NCBI GenBank assembly: GCA_002269645.1
Contig: NIVC01001062.1
Span: forward strand, 248,001 to 312,000
Reading direction: 5' to 3'
Source: Macrostomum lignano
Taxonomy: Eukaryota
Length of the DNA: 64,000 bases
The position numbers and the translations under genes are program-made. Shown piece by piece: positions 22,942 through 35,500 of the stretch (its first letter is position 1; each line of letters begins with the position of its first letter). The notes under the pieces are model-generated. The model made no database searches. It saw only the letters and a program-made list of their open reading frames with translations, and was not told the DNA's origin.

Positions 22942-23372
22942 TAATACAATCAGCATTAAAGTCATTAATCATTTTAACTGACACTGGGGCACAAGATGCA
23001 AACTGTAAATGTCTTTTACGATCGTGAGTACAGCCTTTAGCTATGTTTATTTTGAAAGGTACTTCTGCTTGTAAATTTTGATTAGATTAAAGTTCTACAT
23101 TGAAATGTGTAGTTTATTCCTCGTGTTTTTAATTGATGTCAGCGCACTTCAATTTTGCTTTGCTATAATTTTTGTTTAACTTTTTCATACCATTATTAAA
23201 GTGATAATATTGGCCCTAATCTGGATTCTGATGAAACTCAGCTGCAATAGCTATTGATCTACTAGTTGACTAGGCTAAATTTAGCTCATTAGCTCACAGT
23301 GAGCGCACTGTAGCTTGCAATCATGATGCTATATTTAGCTTTGGCCAAGTACTTTCTTTATTGTCAGCAGTC

Positions 23373-24250
23373 ATGAATATGAAGCAGGAACTCGAAAGCC
23401 GTTGCTACTCAAATGAGTTTTCTCCTAACGACGGCTTCATGCGACATCAGCGATGTCTGAACTGTCGACGTTCAGGTGGAACTATTCGACAAAGTTACAA
23501 TTGTGGCTCGAGATGTCGAAACCGGATGTTTGTCCTTGACGACCCGTCGTCTGGCAGAGCCAATTTGGCCAATCATGGGCACTTGGAAACAAGTGAGTTC
23601 TGCAGCCAAGGCTACTCAACTATTTCAGTTTCTTGTGTGATTATTTCTTAAAGACGAATTACTAAAGTACACATATAGTACAATAATAATAGTACACATG
23701 CTTGTAACATCTTCGAGAGGAGAGGAGAGGAGAGGAGAGGAGAGGAGAGGAGAGGAGAGGAGAGGAGAGGAGAGGAGAGGAGAGGAGAGGAGAGGAGAGG
23801 AGAGGAGAGGAGAGGATGGTTCTGGCGCTCATTTAAATAAAATAGCGTCTCTTCAACTCTAAACTACGAACCTGTCAACACGATTTCAGCTTCTCCACTC
23901 AGGTAGCCTACTCGTTGAACAAAAAAGACCGCTGGAACTTATGGTCTTACGTTGCAGGGTCTCGCGGAGAAGATGCGCTGGGAGGATTGAGACTTCAGCT
24001 ACTCGACTCGAGCTACAACCGACCCCGGAGGCACCAGCGCAGGACTAACAACAGCTCTAATTCCTCAGCGACAGGTAAAAATCGTGAGCACAATCAGAGG
24101 CAGAACAGCCGATACAACCTGGAGCTGCAGTTGGATCCAGGTTGCCATCCGAAATCGCATTTGGACAAACTGATGCTGGACTATGCGCATCGGTGGCGAC
24201 TGCGAGATCGAACTCGGTCTATGAAATATCGCGATTATTTTAGAACTTGA
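23373..24250 (+). CDS. Putative two-exon protein of unknown function, about 170 aa
   Basis: Exon 23373-23592 (ATG preceded by ttgtcagcag; donor A|gtgagt) and exon 23958-24250 (acceptor ttacgttgcag|). Both junctions are phase 1 and both exons are open. No recognisable domain. Confidence 0.45.
23716..23815. repeat. (GAGAG)n microsatellite inside the predicted intron
   Basis: Direct reading. Confidence 0.95.
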
Positions 24251-24300
24251 GCTGCCAGCATTCTTTAGATCAGGGGTCGGCAAACTTTGAATCGCGACGC

Positions 24301-24583
24301 CTCTTCTCTTCTCTCTCTCTTCTCCCTCTTCTCTCTCTTCTCTCTCTCTTCTCTCTCTCTTCTCTCTCTCTTCTCTCTCTTTTCTCTCTTCTCTCTTTCT
24401 TCTCTCTCTTCTCTCTCTTTTCTCTCTTCTCTCTCTCTTCTCTCTCTCTTCTCTCTCTCTTCTCTCTCTTTTCTCTCTTCTCTCTCTCTTCTCTCTCTCT
24501 TCCCTCTTTTCTCTATCTCTTCTCTCTCTTCTCTATCTCTTCTCTCTCTCTTCTCTCTCTTCTCTCTCTCTCTCTTCCTCTCT

Positions 24584-24635
<52 letters not shown>

Positions 24636-25302
24636 CTTTTCTCTCTTCTCTCTCTTTTCTCTCTTCTCTCTCTCTCTCTCTCTTCTCTCTCTCTTCTGTC
24701 TCTTCTCTCTCTCTTCTCTCTCTTCTCTCTTCTCTCTCTCTTCTCTCTCTTCTCTCTCTCTTCTCTCTCTTCTTTCTCTCTTCTCTCTCTTCTCTCTCTT
24801 TTCTCTCTTCTCTCTCTCTCTCTTCCTCTCTCTTCTCTCTCTCTTCTGTCTCTTCTCTCTCTCTTCTCTCTCTTCTCTCTCTTCTCTCTTCTCTCTTCTC
24901 TTCTCTCTCTCTTCTCTCTCTTCTTTCTCTCTTCTCTCTCTTCTCTCTCTCTTCTCTCTCTTCTCTCTCTCTTCTCTCTCTTCTTTCTCTCTTCTCTCTC
25001 TTCTTTCTCTCTTCTCTCTCTTCTTTCTCTATTCTCTCTCTTCTCTCTCTCTTCTCTCTCTTCTTTCTCTCTTCTCTCTCTTCTCTCTCTCTTCTCTCTC
25101 TTCTCTCTCTTTTCTCTCTTCTCTCTCTCTTTTTTCTCTCTTTTCTCTCTTCTCTCTCTCTCTTCCTCTCTCTTCTCTCTCTCTTCTGTCTCTTCTCTCT
25201 CTCTTCTCTCTCTTCTCTCTCTTCTCTCTTTTCTCTTCTCTTCTCTCTCTCTCTCTTCTCTTCTCTCTCTCTCTCTTCTCTCCCTCCTCTCTTCCCTCTC
25301 TT
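24301..25302. repeat. About 1 kb CT-only low-complexity polypyrimidine tract
   Basis: Almost exclusively C/T. The Leu/Ser/Phe ORFs are artefacts. Confidence 0.97.
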
Positions 25303-25972
25303 TTGTTTAGTACAGACTGTACTTTAGCATATCAGTCTATCGATTAACTCGATTGTCTTTAACGCAACAAACGACCTTGTTTTACTTTGTCATATACAGA
25401 GCTTAATTTCAAAGTTTTTAGTTTATAGATTTTATAAATAGTTCTGATTTTTATTATTGTCGTAGCCTGACTTTTTCTCCAGCATATTTCTACCTATTTT
25501 CATCTGATGTGCCGATAGAAATGAATGCGAGTGTATCAGAGAATTTTTTCATCTGATAATAATATTCAGAAACTGTCATATTTGTTTTGTGTTTATATGT
25601 ATATAAGGAAATATATTTTTCTCAAAAATTAACAGTTTTAATTAAGAATTTGTAGACTAAAAGCTGAAATTGTCTTAAATAAATTAATTTTTTCATTTCA
25701 GTCGATAACTATTACTCTTAATAGTAGATAGAGAGTAATATGGGATAATTATCTTAGAAACGATAGTCCTTATCTAGGCATTTTAAAGCCATTAAAGAAT
25801 AACTCATTATAAGTGACATGAAATTTAGATATAGATAGGTAGCTTGTGAGAATTAAGCAGAAAAAATTGAAGCATTTGATGAAAAATAAATTAAAATCAA
25901 TACAATATTTTCACCACAGTGAACAATTCCCATTAATGAAGAAATTCACTGTCGATATCAAATATCTTTGTT

Positions 25973-26310
25973 TCATCATCTCCCATCATCCCAGCTTCAT
26001 CATCTTCATCGCCCTAGCTTCATCATCTCCCATCATCACAGCTTCATCATCTTCATCGCCCTAGCTTCATCATCTTCCATCATCCCAGCTTCATCATCAT
26101 TATCCTAGCTTCATCATCTCCCATCATCCCAGCTTCATCATCTTCATCGTCCTAGCTTCATCATCTCCCATCATCCCAGCTCCATCATCTTCATCGCCCT
26201 AGCTTCATCATCTCCCATCATCTCAGCTTCATCATCTCCCATCGTCCGAGCTTCATCATCTCTCCCATTTTCATCATCTCCCATCATCTTAGCTTCATCA
26301 TATCTCCCAT
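25973..26310. repeat. Degenerate CAT-rich tandem repeat (AGCTTCATCATCT core)
   Basis: Recurrent cagcttcatcatct / ccatcatc. Confidence 0.85.
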
Positions 26311-26536
26311 CTTCATCCTACAACAGAATTTCTAGCTCCACAAAATCTCTTATCTTTATCATCCGCTCGTACCCTCCCAGCTTCATCTTTTTTCTAGCTT
26401 CATCATATCTCCTCAGCTTCATCATACATGTCCATGTATCTCCCAGCTTCACGATATTAGTTAGTTTCACCCCGTCCAAATCCTATAAGAAAAGGCTTCA
26501 AAACGTAGTTATCATTAATATTATAGCTTATGAACT

Positions 26537-29500
26537 TTAGAAGCTCATCTTCCTTCCAGCTGAATTGCTCAAAGCTTCAAGTTCGCTTTCAACCCTAGCA
26601 GTTCCAGCCGTTTTGCAGCGTCGGTACGCACCTACTGACGATTGAGCAGATTGTTCAATCTGTCCTAGGGTCTCCAGCTGGATGCTTGACGTCGTCCCTT
26701 GCCGCTCGGCCTCAATATCGACCACCGTGCACAGGGTTGACGAATTCTCGGGCGCATCCGAACCGGTCTTGGCGGTAAATGTTTTAACCGACGTTTCCGT
26801 TGGCGGCAGGTGCAAATCCACCCAGCTGGCCTGGTTTCTGTCACTAACAGTGGATCTCACCCGCAGGGTTCGCTTGCGTCGATCGCATGCGATGAGGCGG
26901 CCCAGACGGCACAGTTTGTGCCAGAAGCCGTATCTGATTTTGTTGGCGCGTTGTACTCTGTGCAAAAAGTGCATGGTGGACTTGCTCTTGGCGACGCGAT
27001 CGATAAAGCTGACTAGAACCGCGATGAGAAAGTTAAGAGTCAGTATAGCGAACATCAAGATGTAGACAAAGTGCAACACCTTGATCTCGGTCTTCTTGAA
27101 CTCCATGGTCAGAGTGGAGTTGCCAAATCGTCGGGTGGTCGGATCGAACAGGTTCAGCGAGGTGGTGAAGATCCGGTAGAACTCGCCAAGAAAGCTGGGC
27201 ATGTCCATGCTGGCGAACTGGCCCATGTCGGCGCCAACCTGGTGCAAGATGCCGGCAGTCTGAGCCCAGAACAGATTGGCGAATATCACGATGCAGAAGA
27301 TGTAGATTAGGCTAAGCTGCATGAAGCGCTCCAGCACTTGACGAAACATCATCACGGTTTCGCCAAACAATGGCGCACTCTCCATCATGTACAGGAACAG
27401 CAGGTTGACGCACAGGGCGCACATGTGCAAAAAGCAGCCGATGCCTTGAAAGATTGTGTCAAACTCTTGAGCGATGGTTTTCACGGATAGAATCGCTTCG
27501 CTCGATGTAAAATTGAGGCTAACTCGCTGAATAAGTGCGCAAGCGCTGAGCTGTACCAGCCCGAGTGAGCAGGAGTTGGTAATGCTGTTGAAGTAGGTCG
27601 CCAGAAGCCAGTAGCAGATCCAGCAAAGCAGGCACACGATGAGCAGCAGATCGGTGCGCTGAGTGCGTCTCTCGTACAGATGGCGGTAGCGCACGCTGCG
27701 CCACTTCAGCTTGCAGTGGCTGATTGCGACGGATGCCAGCACGCGGAATGGGAACAGCGCCGCTTTAATCAGAATCATCAGGGCGATGACTAAACCCACA
27801 ATTTGCACCACCTTATGCCCGTCCGCTATGTCAATATAAAACGGCGTTGTCTCATTGCAAAAGTTGTTGCGCATTTCAACTATCAGAGCGTCAAGCTTGC
27901 TGCTTTCGAGTCCCATAACGTAGCGCAGCCTCTTCTCGACGTCCTCCTTCGCTAGCATGACGCCGGCGTGGATCGGCACCGTCACTGGCGGCCTGGCAAC
28001 CGGGCTGCACTTCACCGCGGCCAGTGGGTCGGCTGCGGCAGCCGACTCGTGGAAGAAGCCGTACTGCATCGGCATGGGGATGTACAGCATGCACAAGCAG
28101 AGAATCCAGGGCAGCAGTTCGAAGGCCAAAACGATTTTAACGCTCCACGAGATGCCCATGCGCAGCAGGGCCGGGTGCTGCAGGAAGCCGGACTCCTGCA
28201 GGCGGGCGATCTGCTCTGGCGAGGCCAGCGAAGTCAGCAGAACCATCGGCGCTCGATGATACCTGTTGCGATGACTGCCAACGATGTACTCGTCCAACAG
28301 GTAGTTCTTAGTAACTAAGTTGCCATGCACGCTGGAGTGAACGTAGACACCCGGCAGTTCTAATAAGATCACCGCCAGCTCGTAGCACTCCAGGTAGATG
28401 GCTAGTTCCAAACTGTTGAAGTCGAAGTCATCGGTTCGTCTGGCCGTTGCGCGGGTGACCGCCGCACCTCCGGACTCCAGGGCTGTCCGCAGGAACTCAG
28501 CGTAGGCGGCTGTGGGTTTCACCTGCCACATTTTTCAGATTGCGCAATTATTTTTCGAAGTAGTAGCTTTACAAGATTGCATCGCTATATAAAAAAATTA
28601 CGACTTTCCTACTCAAGTTTTACTTTTCCATGTTATGTGTATATTCCTACTGAAAGTACGAGATAAAAGTCCAAAAATGTACTTTTGGGGAGATGGGAAA
28701 TGGGAGGGCGATTTTCTATGGGGGGAGATAGGAGGGGCGATTCTCTATGGTTGAGATGGGAGGGGCGATTCTCTATGGTTGAGATTGGAGGGACGATTCT
28801 CTATGGGGGGTCAATGGGGGGAGATGGGAGGGGCGATTATCTCTATGGGGGGATGGGAGGGGCTATTTTTTATGTGGATATGGGAGGGGCGATTCTCTAT
28901 GGAGAGATGGGAGGGGCGATTCTCTATGGTTGAGATTGGAGGGGCGATTCTCTATGGGGAGATGGGAGGGGCGATTCTCTATGTGGGAGATGGGAGGGGC
29001 GATTCTTTATGGGGAGATGGGAGGGGCGATTCTCTATGTGGGAGATGGGAGGGGCGATTCTCTATGTGGGAGATGGGAGGGGCGATTCTCTATGGGGATA
29101 TGGGAGGGGCGATTCTCTATGGGGAGATGGGAGCGGCGATTCTCTATGTGGGAGATGGGAGCGGCGATTCTCTATGTGGGAGATGGGAGGGGCGATTCTC
29201 TATGGGGATATGGGAGGGGCGATTCTCTATGGGGAGATGGGAGCGGCGATTCTCTATGTGGGAGATGGGAGCGGCGATTCTCTATGTGGGAGATGGAAGG
29301 GGCGATTCTCTATGGGGAGATGGGAGCGGCGATTCTCTATGTGGGAGATGGGAGGGGCGATTCTCTATGTGGGAGATGGGAGGGGCGATACTCTATGGGG
29401 AGATGGGTGGGGCGATTCTCTATGTGGGAGATGGGAGCGGCGATTCTCTATGTGGGAGATGGGAGGGACGATTCTCTATGGGGAGATGGGTGGGGCGATT

Positions 29501-32500
29501 CTCTATGGGGGATGGGAGGGGCGATTTTCTATGGGGAGATGGGAGGGGCTATTCTCTATGTGGGAGATAGGAGGGGCGATTCTCTATGGGGATGGGAGAT
29601 GTGAAGACAGTTAAAATTATATCATTCTACAAATTATTTAATAATTGGCATATTTAGTATGATTCTTAGCTGTCAAATGATGACGATATAGCTAGTCTAA
29701 AAATAAGAGCAAAAAAGTGCAGACGTTATAGTGCAAAACAATCTCTCTGAAGCACAATGGACTAAAACTCAACTGTGCAATAGTTTAGGGTAACTAGGAA
29801 AACATTGACGCGGAATTGCACCAGTTTCTATTAATAGATTGTCTGGAGGGGTAGCTCGCAAAAGCCTCAATTCTAATTGTAAAGTGCACACTGAAATGCC
29901 TACATTTTAAACATTCTAGAGCTAGCTACTAACAGTAGGAGAATAGCATATTGCTAGATATTTTCACTGGCGGAGAGGCAGCGCTTGCGCTACATGGCGA
30001 GACAGTTGCGAGAACGGAGCTGCAGGAGAGAAAAGCCCAGTGCCAGTCAGTGTACACTCTCCGCGGGGATTGATGCTGTGCTATTTTTAGCTCAGTGAGT
30101 GACGCACAGCGAGTGACCACAAGCGGCGGGCGGGCGAGACAGCCATTATAAATAGCGAATAGCCCGGGCTGTGGTGAAAATCAACCTGAGAAAGCGGAAT
30201 AAATAATCCGTTTTATTGCTCCATACTCTACTACACTTTAGATAGATTTTTTACTATTAATAAAAGAATTATCAATAATCATATCATGGGATTATCCGGT
30301 CGACGAAGAGCCAAACCCATCAATCGTAGATCTGCAGCAGCAACAACAAACTCATCGTCTGCTACAGAGGAGGATTTTCACGCTACTCATCGTATTCAGG
30401 AGAGCAAAGTCAGGCGCCTGGGTCACACGTATCGCAGAGTTCTGCACGCCGAGGCCAGAGAGAGGAAGCACACTAATCTGCTGGCATTCCACACCAATAG
30501 AGGCTGGAGTAACAGCCTACTGCCTGCTGAGCAGGCCCGTCATCCAGATAGTCAAGTGTCAACTAATGCTAATTTGTACAATCGGAAAATGGTCAGGCTC
30601 ATGGATAAAGAGTGAGTACTTTGTATTCGATGCTTCCTTGCCTTTTAGCTCAGGTACTGTATAGGCGCTCCTGTCTCTTGGTGGGCGCCTTACTCTTTTC
30701 TCTCAGGCCGATGGGTACCACGTCCAAGAGGTGGCAAAAGCTGAGTTACCAGCTTCCTCGTCATTGGAGCAGTGCCTGTTTTATTGGATAGCAATTTTCG
30801 TGGGGTGACAGTGACCCCTCCTGCCCCCGTACGCCACTTAAGGCCCGTAGGCACCATTACTTATGAGACATGACATCTTATGAGCACTATGTATATCATA
30901 TATCATCAACCAATTCCTTGCGCAGTTTCACTAGCGACGTGACCTACTCTCTAAACAAGAGTCAACGATGGAACTTCATCAAGCAACTGGTAGAAGAGTA
31001 CGATGCCAACGAGGAGTTGAAGTCGCAGAACGTCTTCTTTACCGAAGCCGTCGCCAGAGGACGCAAAGAAGCGTCAGCGAAGAAGTTGCTGACAAACGCA
31101 ACTTACACGGTGAAGGCAGCGGACGAACTGAGACACCACAAGAAGGAGCTCAATAAAAAGATCGTTCGCGAGTCTGCAAAGCAGAAGAAGCTGAGTGCCG
31201 CGGTGCGAAATCAGCTAAAGCAGCAGGTGCTGAACAATGATAGATTCCAGTTTAGCGACCAAGTGAAGAGCATGCAGACGGAGCGACCTCTGATTACCAT
31301 TGGTTCAGCTAGCCGCGGCGGATCCGTGAACAAGGCATCCATCCAGCGAACCTGCAACCTGTGGAATCACCTGTACAAAGTGTCACCCAATGCTGAGGAA
31401 GTCCGGGGTGACCTGCAGCGCGACTACGACAGTCGGATGAGCGTCAGCGTTGGCACCTGCGTGCCCTGCCCTGGCGTCGATGTTAAACGGTGCACCCAGT
31501 CGGAGAAGGAAACAAAGACTGTGAAGCGTTATGACCTTCGACGGCCAAGTCCAAGGAAGAGGGAACGGATGCTTCAGAAGCGGATGCGATTTGAAATGGA
31601 GATGCAATTCGACATGGACGGATGCTGGCATCTGCCGGAGACAACTGCATCTACCGAGGCGGACGAGGAGCTGGATGTCTGCCCTGACCGTCCGACCGAG
31701 TGCATCGCTCTAATTGAGTTTGCTCGACCGAAGATTTCGGCCAATCGGGACAAGAAACTGGCGGCCAAGGAGCGCAAGCTGCGTCATCAGCAGCTGATGG
31801 AGAATAAGAGGAAGCAGCGTAGCAACAGCGACCAGACTTCCGGCGGAAGCTCCGGCTACGACTCAGGCGCGGAGGAGAGCGTGGAGAAGTTCGAAACTCA
31901 GATAGAAACGGTTAAAGAAGTTGATCAATTCGATATTCGGCTGGCTCAGTCGGTGGAGGCCAGTCTATGCTCTCCTCGACCAGTGGTTGCCGTGCCGCGA
32001 GTCGCAGCTCAGACCAGCCGCATTGCTGAGCTGTTTGCTGAGGCTTCGATCTCAAGCGCTCTGGCTATCTCTGCGTCTACACCAAGGAAGCTGGCTGTTA
32101 TGCTGCATCCCGATCTCTCAGAGAGCATCGTTTTCGAAGAGATGGACGAGACAGACTCCGACGGGACTCGGTTCTCGGTTCAGCACTTGCGTCGAAGCGA
32201 TGCAGCGGCTCCGAGAACATCAGCAGCCGAAGTGGCTACTCAGGCTGATCCGTTTGACTTTCTGCGAAGACTTGCAGCTGACGCGGCCTCGAGTGAGCCG
32301 GCGGCTTGTAGGGCTCCCGAAAAGGCAGCTACCGCAGGGGCCACGATCTTGGGCTGGAAGCCAGCAAAGGCGATCTCCGAGTCGGAGGCGCGGCTGGCCG
32401 CAATCCGAGCTCTGCCGATGTTCAATCCGCCATCGACTGTCGCTGTCGATGCCGAGCTGGTGCCCGCTCTAGACTGCGAGATCTGCTGCCAGCAGCTGCC

Positions 32501-35500
32501 TGTCGGCACCGCCGACTCCTTCGCCGATGGTGCTACAATGCTGGGCGAGTGCGGCCACCGCTTCTGCAACCCCTGCTGGCTGCAGCACGTCGCTAGCAGC
32601 GTCGCCGAGGCCGCGCCGACGTCTCGTGTCCGGGCTTCCGGTGCGAGACGCCGCTGGACCCGGCCACGCTGCTGTGGTTCTGCCCGGCCGACCTCGTGTC
32701 GGCTCTGGCCGCAGCCGCCTTCCGATTGTGGCTGTCGGATCGAAGCGAGCAGCGGGTCCAGCGGCGGCTGTGCCCGCTGACGAACTGCGGCAGAGTATTG
32801 GAGAGCCCAGCCGGAGTGAACGCCGTGTGCCAGTGCAGCGGCTGGGGCCTCTGCGTTGGGTGCGGCCAGGAGCCGCATTGGCCGAGCGACTGCGCCACCG
32901 CCTCTAAGTGAGTATCTCTGAATGCACGCACATGCTCTGGCGTCTGTCATCCGTAGCTTCAGTTGTTTATAAATAAACACACATTGATTCTCACTGTTTA
33001 GATATCGCGCCAAGATGAAGTCTCTCGGACACGAGAAGCTTCTGCTAAGCGATCTGAACGCCGAGACCGACGTGAACGCCAAGCAGTGCCCGTCCTGCTT
33101 CCTGCTGATGGAGAAGGGTGTCGGCTGCAATCACATGTCCTGTCCGTGCGGAGAGCACTTCTGCTGGTGGTGCGGTCAGACGATGCGCGACCACAAAAGC
33201 GGTCCCTGCTTTGGCGCCAAAGTCAAGACCCGGTCCGAGTTCCGCGTCCAACGCGTGTTCACCGCGCAGGACTCCTTCCTAGTGCCCAACAGCACCCAGT
33301 CCCGGGCCTATTGTGCCGCAGTTCGAGTTCGCCTCGGCCGAGCCAGCAGTAAGACTTCTCTCGGACTGAGCAACGTCACGGTCAAGAAGCTGGCGAGTCT
33401 GTTCGCGTCCAACTTGATTCGATTTCAGCGAGTCGCCTGGTCCGAGGCCGAACGTCGAGCTCGGGAGACGGCCAGCCGGCTGGTGCGAGCGACAGCGCAC
33501 GCCAGCTACCTGGTGGAGTATTCGTACGCCTACCTGGACAATCAGCGGGTTGAACGGCGTACTGGCACCGCCGTGCGAGCTCTGGGGAGTCACATTGTCC
33601 AGCTGGTTGACTCGATGTCTAGCGAAGCTAAAGTGCAAAGCAAAAGAGGATTCCAGGGGCCGAAGCAGACACGGCTGGCCTGTGAGCGGCTGCTGATGAT
33701 GCTGAGCTGTCTGGAGAGCAAATGCCGGCTGCTGTACTGCATCGTGGCCAATCAGCGAACTCAAGGAACTCGACTTGACCACATAGGGAAGACTTTGAAG
33801 GCGTGAATCGTGACTGATGCTCTTTGCTCCATGAAATAACTGTCAGTTGTATTCAATCATACCAAAGTAGAATGGCTAATCAACTTCTCATGATGGCAAT
33901 AATAAATAAACATCATGATTTATTTATGGCTAAATTGTCCAATAAAATTTTTTTAACTTTGAATCGCTAAAGACAGCTGTCTTTTCTACGAAATCAACCT
34001 TTACTCACCTAATTGGGAGGCCTTTAGAAGATCATTTGGAGCGGGTGTCATTGTTATTACCATAAAGTTTTTCGTAAGATTTCATGTAACAGTGCTATAA
34101 GTACTACTGAAAGTAAGTAATATCCACATGGAATGACGAAACACGTTAGACCCAGACATCACGCGGAAAGACACGGTAAACCAAGCTTAGAGACACGAGG
34201 CACCAAGCTTAAAGACACGGGGCACCAAGCTTAAAGACACGGGGCACCAAGCTTAAAGACACGAGACTGCAAGCTTAAAGACACGAGACTCCAAGCTTAA
34301 AGACACGAGACTGCAAGCTTAAAGACACGAGACTCCAAGCTTAAAGACACGGGGGCACCAAGCTTAAAGACACGGGCACCAAGCTTAAAGACACGAGACT
34401 CCAAGCTTAAAGACACGGGGCACCAAGCTTAAAGACACGAGACTGCAAGCTTAAAGACACGAGACTCCAAGCTTAAAGACACGGGGCACCAAGCTTAAAG
34501 ACACGGGGCACCAAGCTTAAAGACACGAGACTCCAAGCTTAAAGACACGGGGCACCAAGCTTAAAGACACGGGGCACCAAGCTTAAAGACACGAGACTCC
34601 AAGCTTAAAGACACGGGGCACCAAGCTTAAAGACACGGGGCACCAAGCTTAAAGACACGAGACTGCAAGCTTAAAGACACGAGACTCCAAGCTTAAAGAC
34701 ACGGGGCACCAAGCTTAAAGACACGGGCACCAAGCTTAAAGACACGAGACTCCAAGCTTAAAGACACGGGCACCAAGCTTAAAGACACGAGACTGCAAGC
34801 TTAAAGACACGGGGCACCAAGCTTAAAGACACGGGGCACCAAGCTTAAAGACACGAGACTGCAAGCTTAAAGACACGGGGCACCAAGCTTAAAGACACGG
34901 GGCACCAAGCTTAAAGACACGAGACTGCAAGCTTAAAGACACGAGACTCAAGCTTAAAGACACGGGGCACCAAGCTTAAAGACACGAGACTGCAAGCTTA
35001 AAGACACGAGACTCCAAGCTTAAAGACACGAGACTGCAAGCTTAAAGACACGAGACTCCAAGCTTAAAGACACGGGGGCACCAAGCTTAAAGACACGGGG
35101 CACCAAGCTTAAAGACACGAGACTCCAAGCTTAAAGACACGGGGCACCAAGCTTAAAGACACGAGACTGCAAGCTTAAAGACACGAGACTCCAAGCTTAA
35201 AGACACGGGGCACCAAGCTTAAAGACACGGGGCACCAAGCTTAAAGACACGAGACTCCAAGCTTAAAGACACGGGGCACCAAGCTTAAAGACACGGGGCA
35301 CCAAGCTTAAAGACACGAGACTCCAAGCTTAAAGACACGGGGCACCAAGCTTAAAGACACGGGGCACCAAGCTTAAAGACACGAGACTGCAAGCTTAAAG
35401 ACACGAGACTCCAAGCTTAAAGACACGGGGCACCAAGCTTAAAGACACGAGACTGCAAGCTTAAAGACACGAGACTCCAAGCTTAAAGACACGGGGCACC

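Noticed and set aside
28685-29614. Gly/Trp-rich ORFs in three frames
   Set aside because: Minisatellite translations. The same applies to ORFs at 9513-10518, 48794-49806, 55871-56983 and 57678-58079.
29990-30035. Strong minus-strand acceptor (ttttctctcctgcag) as an extra TRPV-like coding exon
   Set aside because: It is followed by ATG TAG, and I found no donor that keeps the channel frame. It may be a UTR or trans-splice site.
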